Shown here piece by piece: positions 57,455 to 64,000 of a stretch of 64,000 nucleotides of DNA. The notes beneath the pieces were generated by a model, which had not been told where the DNA came from, did not search any database, and saw only the letters and a program-made list of their open reading frames with translations. Position numbers and translations under genes: made by a program. Source of the stretch: an uncultured Gemmatimonadales bacterium (GTDB lineage: Bacteria; Gemmatimonadota; Gemmatimonadetes; Gemmatimonadales; GWC2-71-9); contig CAWEWK010000005.1 in NCBI GenBank assembly GCA_963812755.1, positions 343,075 through 407,074 on the forward strand, given 5' to 3'. Each line of letters begins with the position of its first letter. Within the stretch, counting starts at the first letter, position 1.

Positions 57455-58440
57455 ATGTCGACGACCACGGAGATCCTCAAGCGCAAGTACCTAGAGGCGG
57501 AGCTTTTCAGCTTGGATGGGCAAGTGCGAGCGTTTGACCGGATTCGCGATCGCCTCGCGGCCGACGGCAAGGACCCGTTGGCCTTCTATCGTCAGTTGCA
57601 GGCGCGTCGTGAGAAGCTCGTCGCCGCGTTAAAGCAGCCTGGATCCACGCCGCTTGCTTCGAGCGTCGTCCACCGCCTTTGGCTCGCATCGAGGAGGAGC
57701 TGATAGCACTCCCGATCGCGCCGGCGAAATTTGATCACGTAGGCGGCGTCTTCGGGTTCGGAACCTCCGGCTTCGTGCAAGTAGCGCCCGCCAGCGAGGG
57801 CATCCAGGACTTTGTAGCAGCGGGCCCCCACCCGCACTCGGGGCAGATCGTGACCGTTCCCGGCAGCTATCCGGGCGAGGTGACGTTTGGCGGCGCCCTC
57901 CACGTCGGGCCCGCCCAGGTTCCGCCGGATGAATACGATGCCACGATCAACTACTGGTGGATTCACAACTGGAACTATTTGATTCCGTTCCCACCGCCGA
58001 CGGTGGAGTCACTTTTCACCTATCGCTTCAAAGTGTTAGCGGTTTTCAGCGTCATTTTTTCCGGTGGGGAGGCGAACGTACAGTGCTTCTTCTCGCTCGG
58101 TGAAACGTCGAATCTCACAGCGGGAACGACTGTCACGGTCGGGCCCGATGGTGGTGGGTTCCCTCTGATAGCCGACCTGCAGCAGCCGGGTCCGGGCTAC
58201 AACGGTCACTATGACTCTGTTAGAGGTGAAGCGACCGTGCAACGCTCGTTCAGGGTCGCCGCTAACCGCGTCCCGGGTGTTGCTGTCGTCGTCGGCGCGA
58301 TTGGGGCGCTGTCCATGATGGCGGAGGTCAGCCTGACCTTTGCCGGGGTTGGCTATTCCCGCATTAACATCGGTTCAGGAAACAGGAGCGGCCGCGTGGA
58401 GTACTGGTACGAGCCGCAGATGGAGGTCTCGCCTGGTTAG
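57455..58440 (+). CDS. Hypothetical protein, probable frame break near 57680
   Basis: ORFs 57455..57703 and 57679..58440 overlap and read as one product (…ARIEEELIALP…). Confidence 0.4.
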
Positions 58441-58784
58441 GCTGATTTGAGTTTATCGGCGAATGCCATTGCAGATAGTGCGGGACGAGCTTCGCGACTG
58501 GCAGGATACCGCTTGACAGAATCGACCAAGGGCTCATCCATGCCGGAGTTCAAGTTGGGCTGCGACGCTCAGGCTGCGGGCCGCTTCCACCGTCCACCTG
58601 ACGATCGAGAAGTATGCGGGATTATCGAATGCACGGTAGACAACGGTTGCGCTGACCTTGCGGAAGGGTCGTTCGCTGCGGGCAGGCTCCACGTTGTCCC
58701 GGCTCTTCGGTCGACAGCACCCGACGTACGCTTTGTTCACCTCGGACGCCCTTCTTCCACACATCCTTACGGCTCGGAGGCCCT

Positions 58785-58979
58785 ATGCGTCGTTCCCTCC
58801 TTTTCAGCACCGCCGCGCTAGTGAGCACCCTCGGCCTCGGCTGCACCGACGGTCCGGCCCCCAGCGACCCCAGCGCGCCGGCTGCGACTGAGCCGGCCTC
58901 GCTGACGCGGGCCGCGGCGCCGACGCCGCTCGCGCCGACCACGCAGCTGCTGGTGACGGGCCTCCAAGAGCTGCAGTGA
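58785..58979 (+). pseudogene. Lipoprotein N-terminal fragment
   Basis: MRRSLLFSTAALVSTLGLGCTDG lipobox, stop after 64 aa. Downstream frames contain propeller-like SIVGPGGAIFVT but no continuous ORF. Confidence 0.4.
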
Positions 58980-59375
58980 AGCATTGTCGGTCCCGGAGGG
59001 GCGATCTTCGTCACCGCTGTGCCACAGGTCCAGCGGCATCCGCGCCGCCAGGCCACCGGGAGGGGAGTCATGTTCGAGGCCCGGTTCGCGCTCGAGGGGA
59101 CCGCCTCGTCGCCGCTCTTCCGCGATCGCATCGACGCTGGTCGCCAGCTTGAGGACGGCGGCATTTACCCGGACGCCGACCCGCCCCGACGACTGCCCTA
59201 CGTCCCATGCTATCCGGGCATATGTGGAATCCACATCACAGAAAGTGCCCCTTAGCGCGATTAAAATGCCTGCCACTTTCCGGCGCGTCGCTAGAACCCG
59301 CTGAAGCGAGAATCTGGGAAGCGCCAATCTCATTACGTCGGCTTATACCCGAAACCTATTAGTTGACGAGGAGCC

Positions 59376-60044
59376 ATGCGTCGCCTGCTTCGCGAGAACG
59401 GATTGTCCATTGTCCTTGCATCGCTCTTTCTCGTCTTCCTCATCGGGCAGAGCGTAGCCGGCCACCGGGAATACAACAGCGAACAACGTGAACATGGAGA
59501 GTCCAGCCTGGGTTACGGCGCCTACCTTCGATCTTCGCATTTCTGGGAGGCGACAGCCGAGAACTGGGAAAGCGAGTTTCTGCAGATCTTCTCGTATGTG
59601 TTCTTGACCGCGTTGCTGTTTCAAAAGGGGTCGGCGGAGTCGAAGAAGCCGGACGAACCCGAGCCGGTGGATCGTGACCCGCGGGCGGCGAAATCGCGAG
59701 CCGATGCGCCGTGGCCGGTCCGACGCGGGGGCATGGTGCTGTCCCTTTACGAGCACTCTCTGTCACTGGCGTTTCTATTGATGTTCCTCACCAGTATTGC
59801 CATGCACGCAGTGGCAGGGTCCGCCGTGTACAACGAGGAGCTAGCCGCGCACGGTGCGCCGACCCAGCTCTCAGTTCTCCAGTACGCCAGTACGTCTCGC
59901 TTCTGGTTCGAGTCTTTCCAGAACTGGCAAAGCGAGTATCTGGCCATCGCCGCCGTGGTGGTATTGTCGATCTTCCTGCGCCAGCGGGGATCTCCTGAGT
60001 CCAAGCCCGTCGATAGTCCTCATAGTGAGACGGGTACCGGCTGA
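59376..60044 (+). CDS. DUF6766-like membrane protein
   Basis: Two homologous halves, each with ...H.EYN.E...HG......Y..S..FW...ENWQSE(F/Y)L. Confidence 0.6.
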   Translation: MRRLLRENGLSIVLASLFLVFLIGQSVAGHREYNSEQREHGESSLGYGAYLRSSHFWEATAENWESEFLQIFSYVFLTALLFQKGSAESKKPDEPEPVDRDPRAAKSRADAPWPVRRGGMVLSLYEHSLSLAFLLMFLTSIAMHAVAGSAVYNEELAAHGAPTQLSVLQYASTSRFWFESFQNWQSEYLAIAAVVVLSIFLRQRGSPESKPVDSPHSETGTG

Positions 60045-60105
60045 TCTCACCAAGGCGAAGACCCGTTCAATAGAAAAGACACTCACATCCTTCTAGGAGC
60101 GACCA

Positions 60106-60618
60106 ATGAGCCTCGACTCACTCCACTCCCTCTTCGTTGAAGAGTTGAAAGACGTTTACAACGCTGAAAACCAGCTCATCAAGGCCCTGCCCCGCATGGC
60201 CAAGGCCGCCGTATCGTCTGACCTTCAACAGGCATTCACCAACCATCTGAAGGAGACGGAGGGCCAGATCCAGCGCCTTCAGCGCATCTTCACGGAGATC
60301 GGGGAGGATCCGAAAGGAAAGCGATGCAAGGGAATGCAGGGCCTACTCGAGGAAGGCAAGGAAGTCATGGAAAAGCCCGGCGAACCGGCTGTCATCGACG
60401 CGGCTCTCATCGCCGGGGCGCAGCGGGTGGAGCACTACGAGATCGCAGCCTATGGGTGCCTGCGTACCTACGCTCGGTTGCTTGGCATGGACAACGCGGC
60501 CAAGCTGCTGGAGCAGACCTTGGCGGAAGAAGAGGCGGCTGACAAGTTGCTCACCGACATTGGCGAAAGTAGCGTCAATAGCCAAGCGGCCGCAGTGGGT
60601 AGCGGCGTCGGGGAGTAA
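60106..60618 (+). CDS. YciE/DUF892 ferritin-like stress protein
   Basis: LFVEELKDVYNAENQLIKALPRMAKAA... and GAQRVEHYEIAAYG motifs. Confidence 0.82.
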   Translation: MSLDSLHSLFVEELKDVYNAENQLIKALPRMAKAAVSSDLQQAFTNHLKETEGQIQRLQRIFTEIGEDPKGKRCKGMQGLLEEGKEVMEKPGEPAVIDAALIAGAQRVEHYEIAAYGCLRTYARLLGMDNAAKLLEQTLAEEEAADKLLTDIGESSVNSQAAAVGSGVGE

Positions 60619-60683
60619 ACTCCCATCGTACAATCCGCAGCGCGATTCTACGGGGACAGTCCGGCCTGAAAAATCAGCTAGGA

Positions 60684-60711
60684 ACGCGCCCGGTGCGTGC
60701 ACCGGGCGCGT
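60684..60711. terminator. Perfect 13-bp GC-rich hairpin between the convergent yciE-like and catalase genes
   Basis: ACGCGCCCGGTGC (60684-96) pairs with GCACCGGGCGCGT (60699-711). Confidence 0.6.
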
Positions 60712-60721
60712 CCATTTCCAG

Positions 60722-61678
60722 CTAGCTGCGCGCCCTCGCAACTCTTGCTCTTGGCGCCGGCTTCCGCTTCTTCGGCGCCATCTCGGGAAACAGCCGTTTA
60801 GCCACGTCCTGGAACATCTCCGGGTCGATGTCCGCTCCCACCGGTGCGGTCAGCTGGGGCTCGTCCTCCAGGTCGGGCGGCGGCGAACCCTCGGGACCGC
60901 CGACCTGGACTTCCAGATCGCTGCCATCTTCCGGGTGCTGGCCGTTCCAGATCTCGCCGGCACGGGGGTAATCATCGGGGCTGAACTGGTAGAGGATGCG
61001 GTGAAGCCCACGAGCCTCGTGCCGCGCGGCCTCCGGGAAGCGCTTGTTGCTGATGTCGGGGATCGGGAGGAGCTTGCCGACGTCCACCCCGGAGAGCTTC
61101 TCGAGCGCCTTGGCGTAGGCCACGATATGCACCCCGCCACGGACCAGGAGGAACCCGACGCACGCGCGAGCGGTCGCATCGTCGACCGTCTCGTACACCC
61201 GAATCTTCCCAGCGCGCGCGCCGCACTCGAGGAAGAAGTTGTGCAGCAGGTCCAGCTTGAGGTTGCCGCTGGAGAACACATTCGCTCCGGTCCAGAAGTT
61301 CCCCTGGGAGTCCATGGGCAAGGCTTGCTGACCGCTGGCGAGGAAATGGTAGCTGTTGCGTGCGTCTGCGGCTGACGCGAGCGGCGCCTCCGATGGATCG
61401 TCCCCGCGTTCAGTCGTGCCGGTGAGCAGCAGATTGATGGCGTAGGAGACGAGCTCGATGTGGCCGAACTCCTCCGCCGCGATGTTCGCGATGAGGTCGT
61501 AGAACGGCCGCATCCGGCTCCGGCCGCGGAAGTTGAACGACTGATAAGTGTAGTTCATGAAGGTGGACATCTCGCCAAACTTCCCGCCCAGCAGCTCCTG
61601 GACGGCCGCAGCCGAGTTCGGTGATGGGTGGTCGGGGTGCGGAAGCTCCGTCTGGAGCTTGTCGAAACGGGTGATCAT
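60722..61678 (-). CDS. Manganese catalase
   Basis: ...LLGGKFGEMSTFMNYTYQSFNFRGR...AEEFGHIELV (di-Mn ligand region). Confidence 0.88.
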   Translation of the reverse strand: MITRFDKLQTELPHPDHPSPNSAAAVQELLGGKFGEMSTFMNYTYQSFNFRGRSRMRPFYDLIANIAAEEFGHIELVSYAINLLLTGTTERGDDPSEAPLASAADARNSYHFLASGQQALPMDSQGNFWTGANVFSSGNLKLDLLHNFFLECGARAGKIRVYETVDDATARACVGFLLVRGGVHIVAYAKALEKLSGVDVGKLLPIPDISNKRFPEAARHEARGLHRILYQFSPDDYPRAGEIWNGQHPEDGSDLEVQVGGPEGSPPPDLEDEPQLTAPVGADIDPEMFQDVAKRLFPEMAPKKRKPAPRARVARARS

Positions 61679-61704
61679 GGTCTGCGCTCTGTCGTAAAAG
61701 GAAA

Positions 61705-61733
61705 GGGGCCGGCGGCGGGTGCCGCCCGGCCCC
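61705..61733 (-). terminator. Intrinsic terminator after the general stress protein gene
   Basis: GGGGCCGGCGGC / GCCGCCCGGCCCC hairpin, followed on the minus strand by TTTCCTTTTAC. Confidence 0.6.
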
Positions 61734-61754
61734 GATGACTGTCGTGCCGGTTGC

Positions 61755-62522
61755 TCAAGGAGTCGCCAGTCGACGCTCCGGGCCGACGTAGTCTACGTCG
61801 TCCCTGTAGCGGCGCTCGTTGCCGCGCCAGACCTCTGACGCTGACGCCGCGGCGCCTCGCTCACTAACTGGCGCCTCGCCCTGACTCTCGATCGGGGTCT
61901 CCTCGCGACGCATCGTTTCCGAAACCTGGTCAATGTCCAGGAACTGGGGGTCAACGGCCTCGGCCATGGGCGCCGAGGAGACCTCACTACGGCCCGGGCC
62001 AAGGTCGGCGCCGCTCATGAGGAGCGTCTGCCGAGCCAGCTCCTGTGTGCCCGACTCGACCGTCACGAGCACGCCACCCTGCTGGAAGCCGCGCTCGAAG
62101 TGCCGCGCATCCTCTTCGGGCACGCCTATGCCGGCTAGGGCTCCGATAAGACCGCCTGCCGCCGCGCCAATCCCTGCACCGGCTAACGTGGAAGCGAGCG
62201 CTCCCCCCGCGATGATCGGACCGATCCCCGGTATAACCAGGGCACCGACCCCGGCGAGCAGCCCGACGACCCCGCCGAGCACGCCCCCGCCCGTCGCACC
62301 CTTCGCGGCGCCTTCGGCAACTTGGGCGCCGGTGTTTTCGATGAGTTCCTCCTGCTGCCGCTTGTCGAGCACGGCTACCCCGATCTGCTGCTCCGCGAAA
62401 CCGGCCGCCTTCAGGGCCTGAATGCCGCGTGCGGCGGCCGGCTGACTGTCGAACAGGCCGATGACTATCCCGCCCGCAACGTCTGCCGCGCGGGCTTCCA
62501 TGTCCGTCTTGCGTGGTGCCAT
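61755..62522 (-). CDS. General stress protein with a glycine-zipper segment (paralogue of the 32444..33445 N-terminal half)
   Basis: GLFDSQPAAARGIQALKAAGF...GGVLGGVVGLLAGVGALVIPGIGPIIAGGALASTLAGAGIGAAAGGLIGAL, nearly identical to the zipper in 32444..33445. Confidence 0.75.
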   Translation of the reverse strand: MAPRKTDMEARAADVAGGIVIGLFDSQPAAARGIQALKAAGFAEQQIGVAVLDKRQQEELIENTGAQVAEGAAKGATGGGVLGGVVGLLAGVGALVIPGIGPIIAGGALASTLAGAGIGAAAGGLIGALAGIGVPEEDARHFERGFQQGGVLVTVESGTQELARQTLLMSGADLGPGRSEVSSAPMAEAVDPQFLDIDQVSETMRREETPIESQGEAPVSERGAAASASEVWRGNERRYRDDVDYVGPERRLATP

Positions 62523-62706
62523 TAATGACTCCTGACTACGTGGAACTTGAGCGCGTCCGAGTCTGCTGAAGAGCGAGAGGCGGTACGCGGTGAGTGGTCG
62601 TGTGTTCCGACGAAACACGCGACGTTCAGGGAGGGGAGGGCAAACTATAGCTCGTTCCGGCCCCGAGGTGACAACGCTCACTATTCGGTACGTCCTGCGT
62701 CGCCCT

Positions 62707-62991
62707 TTATGGGGCTGTGGTCGAACTGTCGACGCCGGAATTCACTGTGTCGCCCTTGGACGTCACGGGCTGACCCTGATCCGGGCGAGTCTTCTCTGCA
62801 TTCGGCCCAAGTGTCGACTGCCCACTCGAGTCGGTCATTCCGGACTCCGTCTGGTTGACCTTCGCGGTTCCGGCAGCGCTCGTGTCGCGGGCGGCCCCGA
62901 CCTTGGTATCGGAGGAAGTGTTTCGCGCACATGCCAGGCCTGCTATGACCACAGTCAGCACGGTATAACGCGTCAAGGATGAGACTTGCAT
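62707..62991 (-). CDS. Small secreted Ser/Thr-rich protein
   Basis: Signal/lipobox-like VVIAGLAC, low-complexity mature part. Confidence 0.4.
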   Translation of the reverse strand: MQVSSLTRYTVLTVVIAGLACARNTSSDTKVGAARDTSAAGTAKVNQTESGMTDSSGQSTLGPNAEKTRPDQGQPVTSKGDTVNSGVDSSTTAP

Positions 62992-63066
62992 TGAACCCCA
63001 CAGGGCTGGAGATGATGTATTGGGCCTCGTGGCCCGGATATCCGGGCCACGAAAGAGCGGTCAGCC

Positions 63067-63318
63067 TTAGACCCGGCTAGTGGCGGGACGATTGACGTCG
63101 CTGCGGTTGACTTCATGCTGGTTGCGGCGCTTGAGCCCGAGCAGCCCGGCGAGGCCGAGAAGACCAAGCAGGCCCTTATCGAAGCCCTCGTCGTTGTGCC
63201 TATCAGACGGCACGGTTTGGGCATCTTGGGCCTCGACGGGCGCCGGGGAGCCGAGGGCCGCCATCGAGACGAGGAATAGCGAGCCGAGCAATGTTTGCCG
63301 AAGGAGATTCGAGCGCAT
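63067..63318 (-). CDS. Small secreted protein with a C-terminal GLLGLLGLAGLLGLKRR anchor-like motif
   Basis: Signal peptide plus a Gly/Leu-rich hydrophobic tail followed by basic residues. Confidence 0.45.
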   Translation of the reverse strand: MRSNLLRQTLLGSLFLVSMAALGSPAPVEAQDAQTVPSDRHNDEGFDKGLLGLLGLAGLLGLKRRNQHEVNRSDVNRPATSRV

Positions 63319-63826
63319 ATTGAGCCTTCACATGAGAAAGAGTCGTGACCGTATTGAAAAGACGGCGCAGGATTAGAGATTCCTGCGAAGCCGACAAGAA
63401 TAGCGCTTCTCGCGCGTCGGCGTTGTGACGAATAACCGCTCCCACGCCTCGAAGCGGAGCGAAGGGTAGCCGGAGATAAACATGAGAGGGGAACCGCAGG
63501 GAGAGTACTCACTCGTTCAGCAGCCTCAAGCCATCCTTTCCGCATCGCCACGTTTAGTGATCATGATGGTGTCCTCCCGGCGGCTTCTCCGTCCCGCTGT
63601 AATCGCGTTAGCATAGCCTCCAGGGCGCGGGCCCTGATGCCACAGAACACTCCTCGTCGTCCAGCAGACGGATCGTGGTGGGCGGATCTCGCGGTGCTGA
63701 GTTGCCGGGGTTCACCTGCCACCTCAGTCCTCAAATGCGTGACCCCCCTCACAGCCTCAGGTTGTCAACACCCCTACTGTGCGCGTCCGCTCGAGTAGAT
63801 GTCTTAGGCAGGGAGGGAGCAGCATT

Positions 63827-64000
63827 ATGGCGCGAGTTACTGCTGTATTTGACGACCGGGCGCGGGCTGAACGAGCGGTCAACGACCTGCGGAACCTGGG
63901 GTGGGAGGATACTGACCTATCGTTCGTCGCGCGCAGCGAGGATGAGGCCGTTGCTGCCGGCGCGAAACGCGAAAATGTAGGGGAACGAGCGGCCAAGGGT
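63827..64000 (+). CDS. General stress protein N-terminal domain (3'-partial, runs off the window)
   Basis: GGGAGGGAGC then ATG 63827: MARVTAVFDDRARAERAVNDLRNLGWEDTDLSFV, same domain type as 32444 and 61755. Not in the ORF track because it has no stop in the window. Confidence 0.6.
   Translation, partial: MARVTAVFDDRARAERAVNDLRNLGWEDTDLSFVARSEDEAVAAGAKRENVGERAAKG

Overview
High-GC bacterial chromosome segment. Gene content (alternative complex III, lipoprotein-rich, STK-TPR proteins) suggests Gemmatimonadota or Acidobacteriota, but that is unverified inference. The window splits into two very different halves.

**Core region (1-29.6 kb).** This half is tightly packed and mostly operonic, with many ATGA/GTGA stop-start overlaps. 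It carries:
- An alternative complex III operon (actA' BCDEF), with single-base frame breaks in actD and actF.
- An ECF sigma/anti-sigma pair and a cupredoxin.
- A 4-gene spt / GNAT / SDR / PAP2 operon that looks like a bacterial ceramide and phosphosphingolipid pathway.
- soxYZ followed by an MBL hydrolase and a rhodanese, plus an amidohydrolase.
- A contiguous hemB-L-Y-C-D-E-F operon.
- Genes for secreted PKD and RCC1 repeat proteins.

**Degenerate accessory region (from 30,197 to about 59 kb).** At 30,157-30,196 a tRNA-Ala(UGC) gene stops abruptly after nucleotide 40. Everything to the right is visibly lower and patchier in GC. This stretch contains:
- Many gene fragments and frameshifted ORFs (response regulators, PAS, Ser/Thr kinase, TPR, XRE).
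- Two iteron-like repeat clusters next to AT-rich cores.
- A collinear array of diverged about 0.9-kb modules, which is the most striking feature. Each module has paired CTAGAC boxes and a hairpin, then an OB-less ATP-dependent DNA ligase ORF (no copy intact). It ends in an outward TTGACA-N17-TAnnTC promoter and a structured leader of about 110 nt. Unrelated cargo genes lie between modules.
- The 5' half of the leader matches my recollection of the c-di-GMP-I (GEMM-I) riboswitch core.

**Stress cluster (59-64 kb).** Mn catalase, a YciE-like protein, DUF6766 and glycine-zipper general stress proteins.

**Limits.** No CRISPR array, rRNA gene or intact transposase/integrase was seen. All homology calls are from motif recognition by eye; no searches were run.
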